Assembly: GCA_951406725.2 (NCBI GenBank)
Contig: OX597825.1
Coordinates: forward strand, 17,546,001 to 17,610,000
Source: Octopus vulgaris
Taxonomy: Eukaryota
Length of the DNA: 64,000 bases
Direction of reading: 5' to 3'
Shown: positions 1 to 13,877 of the stretch, piece by piece
Layout of the letters: every line of letters starts with the position of its first letter
Numbering within the stretch: the stretch's first letter is position 1
Position numbers and translations under genes: made by a program
The notes under the pieces: model-generated
Seen by the model: only the letters and a program-made list of their open reading frames with translations
Told to the model about the DNA's origin: nothing
The model's database searches: none

Positions 1-55
1 ATATTAGCCAAAATTTCTCGTTCTGCTTCGTAGATGTTCTCGTTATACCACTACC

Positions 56-431
56 GCTGCTGCTGCTGCTACTGCCGCCATGCTGCTGCTGCTGGTGCTG
101 CTATTACTACTACTACTACTACAACATCAACTACTACTACTACTACCAATAATAATAATAATAATAATGATAATAATAATAATAATAATACTGCTGCTGC
201 CACTACTACTACTACTAGTACCACTACTACTACTACTACTACTATTACCACTACTACTACTACTATTACCACTACTATTACTACTACTACAACATCAACT
301 ACTTCTACTATTACTACTACAACAACTACTACTACTACAACAACAGCAACTACTACTACTACTTCTACTACTACTACTACAACAACAACAGCAACTACTA
401 CTTCTAATACTACTACTACTACTACTACTAC
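56..431. repeat. Compound trinucleotide microsatellite (GCT)n/(ACT)n/(AAT)n
   Basis: Directly visible. The three overlapping ORFs here (poly-T/N, poly-L, poly-V) are translations of the repeat. Confidence 0.95.
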
Positions 432-2499
432 TCTTGGTGCTGCCGCTACGTATATTATAGAATTACGCATACACAAGCACTATGCTCTTATTTCAAATAT
501 ATATTTTTGTTAGTGTGTTATGTGTATTTGTGCGTGTGTGGGTGGGTGTACATGCACTATAATATTTACCTTGTCCTTTCTAAAACAATTGGCTGTTGTT
601 AGAAATCCACTTACCTTCTAACTGTAACATGTCAAACGACCAGTAATAGCTTCTTACTTAGACTATATATAAATGAGTATATACTGTGGAATAATTATGC
701 TCTTCACCGATGCAGTTTTAGCAAATTCACATTAGATACCAGGAAATCATTAATAATATTACATGAACGGCTGACCCCTAATACTGTAATTCAAATAATA
801 TTCAAAACCAGTTTATAAACCGAAGAGGGCGCTAATTTTCTATACGGTAACTAACACTGTGGTTTGTTTTATGTACGTTATTTGATGTTGCATCTTGAGA
901 AGTGATAACTTTTATGGTTCCAGAATATGACAAAATCCTCATCGACTTATTGAAGGAAATATCAATGAATTGTTGGCGATCGAACTAATTCGTTTCTTAT
1001 TCAGATTCTCATAGCAGGAACAACAAGCTAAGTTACTACCAAGATTTTTATGTTATTTCATGTCAAATATAAAGTAATACCTTATTACTGACGTAATTGA
1101 TAATGGCCAAAATCGTGATATAAATGGTTTGTATATATGTATATATGTGTCCTTATATAATTTACACGGTTGATATATATATAATTAGATTTAACTCATT
1201 GAACAGAGTAGATGCGATTTTTATTGCCAAAGATCATAGTTATACTTTCCGTATCAAATCATACATTTTAATATACTAATTTTCGTTCAGATAATTGAAG
1301 ATATGACTTGATTACTACTAAATATTTTGAGCAGATTATACATTTCCAATAACATAATCTTTGAATAAATAAGCTTACTTTCATTCCTTTAGTCCCATTG
1401 TGCTTTTCAAATAATTAATTATTATTGATTTCCGAAATACACGATGCAATGATAGTAACGTAAACTATAAACGCAGATATAATCATAAATTACCCCAATT
1501 TCAGGGGCTTGAAATACGAGCAGTTAGGAACGGTGACTATTTCTACTACAAAGACGGAATCGTAGCTTCATTTTAGCTCAACATGCCGTTTGTTTCCTCC
1601 AATAATTTTTCGACGTGTAAAATACCTAAATTCAAAATTTAGTTATTATATATAATACTTCTTGCTCCCACGGCGTCTATGATATCGTTTTCACATTTTA
1701 TCAAAATGAATATATCATAGGCTTTATCTACAAAGTACGAAAAAATAACAGAATAACATGTATGTAATGATTTAAGATCCCGCAAACGTATCACCTTTAA
1801 AACATGCAGTAACTTCATGAAGAAGGAAAGGAGGACACGTTTGGATATCACAACTAAGATATATTACAAAGTCGATTCAGAGATGATAATCATACTTGTG
1901 TAACATTTGAACATAGGTGAGTTCGATGAGAAACAAATGTGTGATACATAAGCAACGTCAAATGATATCACTGCACCATCATCTACTGTTTAGTACTAAG
2001 TCACCATTATGTATTTCACTACAGTCGTGAATATAGGCACTTACTAATGTTCGTATTAGGACATTGACAATTATGTTTTTGATGAGGAATAATATACAGT
2101 ATCGGGAACATGGTATTAGTGATAATGGCTTCAATTTTGCAGCAACATCTCATATCAGCTTAGCCATGTGTTTCACTAATTGCAGACCGCTATCATTGAT
2201 TGATACACTTTCTGGTTTATGTCTGTAAAGAAATAGCTTTGATGAAACTTTTGTATGTCTTTATTAAATAACTCGATGCTTGAATAGTCTATCAATTTCA
2301 AAATAGAAGGTCGATTCCAAACGTCTTGAGTCGTTTTGAGGAGAGTTAGTTACAAATGACCTAGATTATTGTAATGTTAGTATTAGTACTATACATCTAA
2401 TAAGCTGGCCTGTTATTCTAGATTGAAAGAAATGGCTGTAACAGCATTTGAACACACGCTGTTAAACATTGTTTGTTACAGCTGACTAGTTTGCAGAAG

Positions 2500-2850
2500 A
2501 CAGTTGGGAAGTTAGAAGGCACGTTATGCAATAAATGTTTGGTTTAAACTTGGGAAAAACGCTCTAAGTACATATGGGATGTTCCAGCTTGCATATAGAT
2601 TCCCTTGTATGAGCACAATAGATTTAAGGACGGAAGAAAGGCTGTTTGAGGCGATTAAAGTTGTGGGAGGGAGAGCGAGCTGAGAACAACAGAGGCGGTG
2701 AAGAAAATTTGCAATTTCTTGATGAACATCGTCGCATGTTTATAAAGACAACGGCCAAGCGGCTTAAACTTGGTGTGGCAACTGTACAGAGAATTATTCA
2801 TGAATATCTGAACAAAGTTTGTTCCGTGGTGCTCAGTAAGGCACGTCATC
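2500..2850 (+). mobile_element. Degenerate mariner transposase N-terminal (HTH) relic
   Basis: A frameshifted read gives YAI..FKLGKNA..TYGMFQLAY, then FLDEHRRMFIKTTAKRLKLGVATVQRIIHEYLNKVCS. This matches the mariner pattern YAIKFCFKLGK...LxEDRRxxIxxIA...GTVxxIIHExLxxxKVCxxWVP. Confidence 0.7.
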
Positions 2851-3871
2851 ATAAGCAACTACTTGACAGAGATGGGCGTCAGAATTATCCGTAAAGAAGT
2901 CACGACAGATTTGAACTTATAAATCGATGGCTTAAAGTTATCTTCCTATGTATTTATTTTGGAGGAGTGGCATGATGTGGAGTAACCAGATTACATATGG
3001 GTGACACGTCGCTTGTGAGGAATGAAGGGTGGTATCAACTCATAGGAGTGGGGAATTTGGAGGATGTTAGAAAGTAGTTTGTTAATGTCGGATGGGTTAT
3101 ACCTGACGTCAAAAACTTTGAATAGAAAAGATCGCGTCCATAATACGCAGTGATGGTCCATTCGGACAGATAACTGCCGACCTAAAAAAAAAGGAAACGC
3201 TTACATTCATCGGTGCGGAATTTTATCTCGCGATTGCTATTTTACACGCCGTCGAATTTCTCTCTGACATCAACAACACGGGTTTCAAAAAAATTAGTCT
3301 TATGTAATGGTTAACTGTCGAGTTCTACTGAGTGGTAGGATACAAGGAGATCCAATGCCATAAATTTCTTCAATCAGAAAATATGCCACTGCTTGTAATG
3401 CGTGTGTCCACTAGCATTAAGATATCGAAAATAGATATGCTTGGACTATACTTGACTGAGTCAGGATGATACTCTTCTTGGAAATGGAATGATTTAGAGT
3501 TTGCTCCGAAATCCTGAGATACATAACTGAAAACAGATTGCGTACGTGTGTAAGTAGATGGGGAATTTAAAAGATAAGCGGTGAAAAGACGGAACTCAGA
3601 AGTATATGCTTTGCAATAATAAGGCAGAATTATCATACCTTGGTGTTTAAATGGTTTGAAGCGACTAGGACGGATTTCCTACGTGGGACATTCTCTTTTC
3701 GGGGAGACCTATAAATGGTATAAAGCATTCATTCATCTCTTATATCTAACCTTAAGGAACATTAATCATTAATTTATCTAGTGTTACATACACTCAGTTA
3801 CCTCTAGATTAAGTCTTATATCTCACTTCAACATCGGGAATAGATACGACATATACATACATATATATACA

Positions 3872-3932
<61 letters not shown>

Positions 3933-4387
3933 TTATTTATTTATATATATTTATTTATATATCAGAAATACAAAATATCTATATTATTAAATATATATTA
4001 AATATATCAAACGTAGCGACATATATGGTCTACATATTTAATTCTTTGATTTCAGCTCAAATCCATAGAACAGAACAAATATCTTAACAAAGATCTATAT
4101 CTAATGTAAACAATTTTCAGGAACATTCAGTGTTACTTTATTAATTTTTTAAAAACAAATATTTAATTAGTATTGATAATGACCTGAATGTTTTTACACA
4201 AGAAATGAGTATTATGAAATAACAAAACGGAAATTTAGCAATAAACCAATAACAATGGAGTCGAGTAAAGAGTTATCGAAAAAAAAATTGTATCATTCCT
4301 TATAACATATACAACGCAATAAAAAACAGATGAACATATATATGTATACATATACATGCAAGACGGCACACAAATACGCACATGTAC

Positions 4388-4464
<77 letters not shown>

Positions 4465-4476
4465 CATATATACATA

Positions 4477-5160
4477 CAGGTGTTGCACAAAATAATGGAA
4501 ACACCTTAAAATTTCAAACAAATTTACTTTAATATGTGGTACGACCGCCTTGGGAATAATTACACCTTGAATTCTACGAGGTATGGGCACGTACAAAGTA
4601 TGAATTGTACGTGCCCATATCAACTCATGTTGATATGTTTGTCCATTCTTCAGCTAAAACAGTCTCCACTTCTTGTAGTGGTGATGGTATGAGATATCGA
4701 CTCCTTACTTGTTTTTCTAAAATGCACTATAACGTTCCATAATATTGAGATCTGGGGGCTCTGGTAGCCAGATAAGATATTCAACATCACTAGAATGTTC
4801 CTCGTATCATTCAGTAACAACCTTAGCTGTTTGAATCGGTGCATTATAATCCTGAAAGATTACGTTTACCTCAGGAAACAGTTCTGCAAACATAGGAAGA
4901 ATATGATGAGATAAAATGCTTAAATAGCCTTGACTATTAATTCTGCCCTGAAGGGAAACTACTGGGTTGGCGGATTTCCAATATATAGCTCCCCAGGTCT
5001 TCACAGATCCTCCTCCATGTCTAACAGTTGGAAGAAATTAGTTCTGGTCAAATGCTTCTTTTGGCTATCTCCACATGTATACTCGGCCGGTGGTCGGAAA
5101 TAAGGTAAAGGATGACTCGTCCGAGAAAATAAGATTCTTCCACTCATCTTCTTGTAACTT
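4477..5160 (-). mobile_element. Tc1-like DNA transposon, 3' portion with one TIR (transposase pseudogene)
   Basis: Minus-strand fragments: WKNLIFSDESSFTLFPTTGRVYMWR (first catalytic D); WGAI...GRINSQGYLSILSHHILPM...IFQDYNAPIQTAK (the QDDNAP motif, second D); a degenerate P-Q-S-P-D-L-N region. The end reads TA|CAGGTGTTGCACAAAATAATGGAAACACC at 4475-4505, typical of a Tc1 TIR beside a TA target. Confidence 0.88.
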
Positions 5161-5319
5161 TAAACAATTAATATTCAACCTCATATAAACTGAGATTGTT
5201 GTTGGCTTTGAACTGATTTGGTTTCTATGTGTATGTATTCTGTCAGTACGAGTACTGAGAAACGCCATTCTCGATTAACAATTCGACAGCCATCACACTC
5301 ACGCACGCACGCATGCACG

Positions 5320-5414
<95 letters not shown>

Positions 5415-5577
5415 TACATATATACATATATATATGGATACATAATAATAATATAATATATACATGTATATATATACGTATATATATAGTATGGTTATAT
5501 ATATGTGAATATATATATATATACATAAGATATGCGTGTGTGTGTATGTTTACACACACACACACACACACACACAT

Positions 5578-5609
<32 letters not shown>

Positions 5610-6098
5610 TGCGGGTAAGTGGTAGGTGGAGAGATATCAGGAAGTAACTTGAGAGATGTAGTGATATATGGTTTTCCACCAGATACTTAGAGTAAACAAA
5701 AATCGACTTGTACATGGACGAGAGAAATTTAGTGTGAATTCTTAAATAAAATAATTGTAAGTTCTACATATTCATACAGGTCTCACATGCCCGTATTGTA
5801 TTCTATATTTATCAATTTAAATTCTAGTCATAAATCTTATTTATTTAAGATTTTTCTTTGACATCATGTCAGTACTGGAAAATTGATTTTTATACTTTAT
5901 ATTATTAATGGCCTAATCAATATCTTAATATAATAATTACAATAATAAATTTTCATCGGTTACAGTTTTATGCACATTGCACTGTAACTGCTCTCTTATA
6001 CACACAACTGCTCTTATACACACAAAAGCCCGCATTCTAATAAGCACAGATACATACAAATACAGTAAATTAGCCTGCAACACTTTTATTACACACAC

Positions 6099-6150
<52 letters not shown>

Positions 6151-6314
6151 ACAGTGATTTCACTATTTACTCCGTCGGTATATACAGTTTACATATATAA
6201 CAGGGGAAGAATACTTACAGATTTCATATCTGTTAGCAAACGCACAGTAAACTTTTCACGGGAATGTAATCATATTGTATATCGTTTCCTACTTTTCACG
6301 TATATATATATATA

Positions 6315-6357
<43 letters not shown>

Positions 6358-6449
6358 CTTCAGCTATTGGCATGCAATACATTCTTCATTTTGGAAATTG
6401 AATGATTGAAATGTTTACAATGCTATCTTCTTAAATTTATACTGTGGAA

Positions 6450-6612
6450 AGTAGTTGGCATTAGAAAGGCTATCAGACTGTAACAATCACGACAATCAAA
6501 TATTGCAGCTCGGTGCAGTTATCTCGCTCGTCGAAACCTGTTGAATGGTCCAATATATGCCAGCATGAAAAAAAGACGATATTAATACATTACTATGATG
6601 ATGATGATGACG
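6450..6612 (+). mobile_element. Degenerate retroposon 3' end with (GAT)n tail
   Basis: gttggcattagaaaggctatcagactgta...gtccaatatatgccagcatg...gatgatgatgat resembles the 3' tail of RTE-related octopus retroposons. Recognised by pattern only. Confidence 0.45.
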
Positions 6613-7186
6613 AGGAAACAATTTCACAAAGGCATAACAATAACAAGGCAAATATATTTTCATCATTTGGACTTAGAGTGAAGAACTGCTTCAAGTATTG
6701 CTGTAAAATTCAGAACAAAACATCAAAACATATATACAAAAGTTGTAAATATAGAAAAGAAAATTATCGTATATCCAATGATACATATAAAAGTACGTCA
6801 TTCATATGTAAACATAGACGCTCACGTGCTTCTGTGTGTATGTGTAAAATTCAGCCACAATGCACCAATCATTATTAATAAACTAACATGAGCTATCAGC
6901 ATACGCCATACTTTCACCGTCTTTTCTGTGCGGTAAAGTGCACGCTTATAAATATTCTTCGTTCTGTAACCTCTTTATCATAGGAAATATCAAAGATGTA
7001 ATATTTGGAGGAGAGACGCTTAAACCTGTTCGTTTATATTTGTGTAAACTAGAGTTAATTGAAATGAAGCTCCTGAATCAAAGACTTCCTGCATCGACCG
7101 CTTTAGGAATCCATTTCAATCTTGCGGGTTCGATTAGGATTGTGGCACTAACACCTGAGAGTTTTTGCATGAGATATACATACATA

Positions 7187-7395
7187 AAGGTGGCAAGTTG
7201 GCAGAGTTGTTAACACGTCGGGCAAAAGGCTTAGCGACATTACGTCGGTCTTTACATTCTGAGCTCAAATTCTGCCGAGGTCGACTCCCCTCTCATCATT
7301 TCGGGGTCGATAAGTAAGTAACACTCAATCCATGGGGTCAAATTTAATCAACATATCACTTCCCCCAAATTGCATTCCTCATTCCTATCATAGAA
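7187..7395 (+). mobile_element. SINE family B (aaggcggcgagctggcag head), diverged
   Basis: Homologous to the reverse complement of 21216-21449; contains ttctgagctcaaattctgccgaggtcgac. Confidence 0.75.
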
Positions 7396-8703
7396 AAAAA
7401 TATCTACATACATATATGTACACATCTACGCGCGAACACACACAAACACACACACACACACATACATACACACACACACTAAGACACTTAGGTTTGTGTG
7501 TTTGTGTATGTATGTCTGTGTGTGTGTGTGTGTGTGTGTATAATAAGTGTGTACAATTATTTCGTATGTAAAATATATAAAAATTCATGCTAAATGATCT
7601 CTGTTCTATACATGTCTACTACTAGGAATGGTTTCATCGAATATCCATATATAAACTTACATCTATTTTCACAAGAATATTCATGTATGTTATAAGGTAT
7701 GTTTAAACGGGATACAAATAAATTAATATGTTTAAATATAAATTTATCTGTTTCGTGCTTATTTTTGACATATAGTTAGAATTTTTAAATAAAATAAGAA
7801 CGAAAATAAATTTTACATTCTCTAAAACAAATTCTAATCTCATTGTTTTATTATCTGAACTGAAGATAGTCACTGTATAAACTTCTAAACCACAACAAAA
7901 GAAGTTATATTTTCATGATAATAACTTCAAATTCTAGCGAAAGGAATCAAAAGCACAAAAAGAAAAAAGAAAAAGATATTACACGAGAAAATAATTTTTA
8001 TAAAATCGCACCCCTCCAACAAAGATATGATTCAACGCTGTCCAGCTTTTAATAATAGAGAAATGAATTTAACTTCTTATGGCCTCACGTCATCAGTTGT
8101 TGTTTAAGAAAACCGAATTACATTCTAATTATTTGTTTTAATTTTTTATAATATTTATCTATTGATTTAACAAGTCTGCTTTGAAAACAATAACAAGTGA
8201 CATCAAATGTTTAAAGAAAAATGTCTTGTATTGCCTTAATTATTTCCCATTATATGGGAAGTATGCGAGAATAAAACGCAAGGCGTCTTTCAAATATTGT
8301 ATTTTAGAAAAAAATATGTTTTAAACTAAAGATATAGAAATCAATGATATGAATTCATTCCTGGTCAAAAGCTGTCGTTTCAAACGAACGTTATTAATTT
8401 CTATATTAAAAAGGCAAATTATATCAAGTTTTCAACTGAATAAAAGAAATCAATCTTCAATAATATGAATACCTTTTTCATTTTAATAACTATTTTGAAA
8501 TTTTCATTATTTATATTAATGTTTGGAAAAGCGTAGAGATTCGAGTGAAGCTTGCATTAACATTACTATAGCCTTCAAATGCGTTCATAACAGAATTGCG
8601 ATTCCACAGTTTAGATACAACAATAGAAATAACAATATATATCTCAACTTGTCCTTCCTCAGTAAATCTTATATATATATATATATGTATGTATGTATAT
8701 ATA

Positions 8704-8778
<75 letters not shown>

Positions 8779-8779
8779 G

Positions 8780-8825
<46 letters not shown>

Positions 8826-8849
8826 ATATGGTTGTATCTATGTGTGTGT

Positions 8850-9075
8850 CAGAGTGTTTGTGTATGTGTGCCTGTATTTATCCCCCCACAATCGCCTCAC
8901 AACCGCGGCTGGTTCCACTATGTCTCTGTGATTTAGCGGTTCGGTAAAAGAGCCGAAATGAATAAGTAGTAGGCTTATAAGGAACAGGTCCTGTGGTCGA
9001 TTTTTTGAAGTAACACCCATTAAGGGGTTGCTCCAGTATGGCTGCAGTCAAATGACTGAAATAAGTAAAAGAATA
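8850..9075 (+). mobile_element. SINE family A, 3' half
   Basis: ttagcggttcggtaaaagag...ctccagtatggctgcagtcaaatgactgaaataagtaaaaga; matches 28930-29123. Confidence 0.8.
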
Positions 9076-11429
9076 TAAGATTACACATGAATGGGTTTTC
9101 CCTAGGCTGACAACCCTACATCAAAAAATTGCTAAGGTACAGAAGCATCAATGATTAATCAAAATTAACGTGACTTGGGAGAGTAAAGTCAACGACACCC
9201 CCTGTGGAGCAATGAGCTTTAAAAAAACAGAACTTTGATTCCTTATACCAGTACCATATGAAATACAAATGCTTGTTAGTATGTCCATCACCCACAAAGA
9301 CCTGACAACTTCAACTGACATAGGCACAAGTTAAAGTTTTTATCGTATCCTGAATGTCAAATGGAGCAACTGAATGTGCATTGTTGGTGCTTTGAATCGA
9401 ATATTGTAGATATGCAGCAAAGATTACTCACTTAAACGACAATGATTGATATTTCAAAACCAGTTAGCTTTATTCCAAGAAATCGTTTACATTTATCTTC
9501 TGACTACGAAAAAATTCAGGCATTTAAGTGTATACATCCAGAGATACATACAAGATAAATCACATTATTTTCGAAATTTATACAAAACTTAACGGTTTCC
9601 AGTATTCCCTTCACACCACCGAATATGGATCGAATCCTTTCCAATTAAACTATATATAAAGAAGCTAACGATAACCAATAATGTGTAGTACCATAACAGT
9701 TAGAGAAAAAAATAGAAATCAATAAATACGTCATATAGAGAATCACGAAATTTACACAGTTAATTAAGTGCAATATTCTTAATTACAGAAATTTCACTTG
9801 GTTTCGTAATTCACTCTTAATGATGCCGATTTATGCATAATATACATTGTGGCAATAATGTAATTTACATAAACGTTAAATATTCAACGTACTTTGTTAC
9901 TTATCAATTAAGTTTTGAAATTATATGAACAAAATTTTTTATTAAAAAAGCCAAATAATATTTTTACGTATGCCTACAAATAGGGTAATGTTGAATTTTA
10001 GAACTGAATTTTGTAAAACCCATTTCAAACCGTTAAACAAAAAAATATATACATACTGTAGGAATTTACTTGTAATTACTAAATATTTGGAGAATACTTC
10101 AGAAAAACCATCTTTTCGTTAGATAATGTCAATGTCATATACATAGAAAGAGAATCACAAAAAAATGCAGTAATAAAAAAAGAAGTTAGTTTCGTTTTAT
10201 CATTTGATATTTGCAACATATTGTTTATAGGTAACGTAAAATTAAAGAATTTTTGAAAAACGAGAGTCACATCCTTATGAGTATGGATACGAGAGGAAGA
10301 GCTAAGAAGTATAAATGAACAATACAGATGATTTTGGTCTCCACTTTCCCTCTGGTGTAAATAAAAAAAAAACTTGGTTTAAATCTCTGAGCTAGATATT
10401 TACAGTTAGAATACCGGATGGTAATGCCAACAGAATGTCCCATAAAGGACAGTTTTTGTCCGTCTAGCCTTTGCAAGGGAGGTCATCGCTCCTATACCTA
10501 GTCTTACGAGATACTCACAGACCTGGGTTTCTGAAGTTATCTGTCCTCGCCGTGAGAAAACCAAAAGCTAGTGACGAAACCTCTCTCCACCTGCAAATAT
10601 TATCTCCAGCCTTATGTAATACTCACAGACCTAGTGTATATTGAGATTATAAGCCAATCAGTTCGCTAACTACATGATGTGGACAGATTCATTATATTCA
10701 ATCTTCTATTGGGGAGTGACTATAATTTAGACTGTTAAAGTCAGAATGGGTGGAGGTGAGAAAGATGGATGATATTAAAATAAAGTCGACATCCGGCAAA
10801 TTTATTCAGTGATAAGACGGTAACCTGTATAACTAACAGACAAAACACAGGAAAGAGACGGTGCCAGGCGAAATATCTAGACTGATGTATGGATGTATGT
10901 AGCTATTTAGTAGATTAATTATATAGATTTAGTAGATTAAGGTCACAGAGGAAGTGTGATTACTGAAATACACGTGCAAACACACACACACACACACGCA
11001 CGCGCGCTTAGAATTTCAGTTTAAAAAAATTTAGACATTAGATCAACACTAGTAGAAAGATTAATAAGAAATATTCATAATATACCGAGCGGGGGAAAGA
11101 AAGGAATTAACAAAATAGGAAAATAAATAAAACAATGTAATAAGATAGGAGCAGAAATTAATTAATCATTAATGGAATATATTTGCAGAAGCTAGAAAAT
11201 TCTTCGTCGAAGAATGATAATGGTTAATGCTTATGCCATTTAAAGAAAAATAGTATTTTCCAATGTATAATTACATATGCGTTTCCTTGCGTAAATAGGG
11301 ACAAAATGCTGCATAATTCCGAATAGAAATTTTACTTGTTTAGAGCGATAATCTATTTGAAATAAATCAAAATAAACGAAAAAAAAATGACACACAAATA
11401 CACTTTTATAGTAAATATGGGTTTACATA

Positions 11430-11645
11430 TCCTTTCTGCTATAGGAACAAGCCCTGGAATTTGGGTGAGTGGGTAGTGGAATACATCGACCCAACTAAGC
11501 AACAGGTACTAAATTTACGGACCCAGACAGGATGAAAGGAAATGTCAACCGCGGTGAAATTGGAACTCAGAACGTAGCGAGGGCTGATATACGGTTAAGC
11601 ATCTCGCCCGGCGTGGAAACGATTCTCCCAGATCACGGCGACTTA
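11430..11645 (-). mobile_element. SINE family B, diverged
   Basis: Contains gaactcagaacgtag...aagcatctcgcccggcgt, shared with 21370-21420. Confidence 0.75.
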
Positions 11646-11759
11646 GTATGTGTTTACATATATTTATATAATAGAATATATTAATATATTAATATATTAA
11701 TAGAAGCCTATGTCTGCAGTCGTATACGTACGTGTATGTATGTGTGTGTGTGTGTGTCT

Positions 11760-11944
11760 CTCTTATTCTTATACTTGCTTCAGTTATTTCACTGCGGCCT
11801 GGACATATTCTTTGTAAGGCTAGTGGTTAGTCTATCGGTCAAGCCATGGCGGGGGACAAACAAATAGACGTGCCAAGCATAGGGCTGAATCCGGAACCAT
11901 GTGGTTGGGAAGCAAGTTTCTTACCACACAGCCACGCCTGCGCC

Positions 11945-11945
<1 letters not shown>
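11760..11945 (-). mobile_element. SINE family A, internally deleted
   Basis: Head ccggaaccatgtggttgggaagcaagtttcttaccacacagccacgcctgcgcc, plus a degenerate tail. Confidence 0.75.
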
Positions 11946-12020
<75 letters not shown>

Positions 12021-12049
12021 CATATACATATATATGTATACACAAACAT

Positions 12050-12130
<81 letters not shown>

Positions 12131-12138
12131 CGCAAACA

Positions 12139-12182
<44 letters not shown>

Positions 12183-12190
<8 letters not shown>

Positions 12191-12300
12191 TAAATTAGAG
12201 ACAAAACCACTATTAGGCAAATCAAACAATGAAAAACTTAAGCCAATACATAAGATTATTTAATTTATATTATTTAAATATATAACAAAATTATTAAAAT
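12183..12300 (+). repeat. Short TA-flanked dispersed repeat; inverted copy at ~46540-46670
   Basis: attaaattagagacaaaaccactattaggcaaatcaaacaatgaaaaacttaagccaatacataagatt is the near-exact reverse complement of 46596-46665. Confidence 0.8.
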
Positions 12301-13134
12301 ATATATATATATATGCTTATAATATTTCGCTTGAGCATGTCAAAAGTAATAACCTCGCGTTAGAAGCCAATATATATGCTTTAAAATAAAGAATTATCTT
12401 ATAGCTTCCGGACACCCGTAAAAAGCCTTAAGGTGATTCGCATGCACTCAAAGCTGAGTGCATTGCACCTTATTACCAGAACAACCTGTAAGCTAATGAA
12501 CTTGATTACATAATTCTTATACACTTGTCATTTATTTAATTTCCTATTACGCAATATATATACAGATACATTGATACACACACATATCCTATGTCCCTGT
12601 CGTAAGGCCTTAGTTCCACACACGCCAGCTTAATTTAATTCGTCCTTAGTCGAAAGACACCTGTCGTTATGTCCCGTTATTTATATTTGTGTAAGATTTC
12701 TGGGGGATTTTTCCGGCCTTGCTTCGTATACATTCGGAATGTAATGTAATGCTCTTAACTTATTTTTCTTTGAGGCTGGCCAGATTGGAGCAATCTCGAG
12801 TATAACCAGCCGAAATTGTAAAGATAATCTGGAACTCGACTGAGGATATAAAACCCCGAATGAGCCATCGTTGTTTTCCTTGTATCGTCTGTCTGGATAT
12901 TTTGTTATGTATATATGTATATACATACACATACACACACACATATATATATATACATACATATATACATGCATACACACACATCTATAATCTGTATATA
13001 CTATTTTGTTCTTTTACTTGTTTTAGTCATTTGACTGCGGTCATGCTGGAGCATAAAGGATTTTTTATTGGAAGAAACAGCATGGCCGCAGTCAAATGAC
13101 TGAAACAAGTAAAGAGTAAAGACTTTGCAAGGAA

Positions 13135-13877
13135 ATGAATAGCTGATTATACGGCGCTTCTATGACGTTATATTTCTTTAGGTCACATGGTTACTCTCAT
13201 CAAGGTTACCAATGGTTTTTTGCCCTACGGTTTTGTTTTAAATAGAATGTATTTCTATACCACACTATACAAAGCATGACAAGCAGATGTAGACGGCAGT
13301 AGCAAATTCCAGAAATATGATATTCTTTTTCTGCGGTGAGACGAAATTAACTCAGAACGTAGCGGGGGCCGATATACGGTTAAGCATCTCGCCCGACGTG
13401 CAAGAGATTCTGCCAGCTCACGCGCCTTCATATGTGTTTACATACATTTATATAATCGAATATATTAACATATTAATAGAAGCCTATGTCTGCAGCCGTA
13501 TACGTACGTGTATGTGTGTGTGTCTCTTATTCTTATACTGGGTTCAGTTATTTCACTGCGGCCTGGACTTATTCTTTGTAAGGCTAGTGGTTAGTCTATC
13601 GGTCAAGCCATGGCGGGGGACAAACAAAGAGAGGTGCCAGTCATAGGGCTAAATCCGGAACCATGAATAGCTGATTATACAGGGTTTCTATGACTTTATA
13701 TCTCCTAAGGCCACATGTTTACTGTCATCAAGGTGAGCGATGGATTTTTGTCCTACGGTTTTGTTTTAAATAGAATGTATATCTATACCACACTATACAA
13801 AGCATGGCAAGTAGATGTAGACGGCGGTAGCAAATTCCAGAAATATGATATTCTTTTTCTGCGGTGAGACGAAATTA
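13135..13877 (+). repeat. Local duplication: ~215 bp direct repeats (13135-13349, 13663-13877) flanking a copy of 11564-11901
   Basis: Direct sequence comparison. Confidence 0.9.

Noticed and set aside
34-513. Long ORFs of 126-159 aa on both strands
   Set aside because: They are translations of a trinucleotide microsatellite, with no domain or splice evidence.
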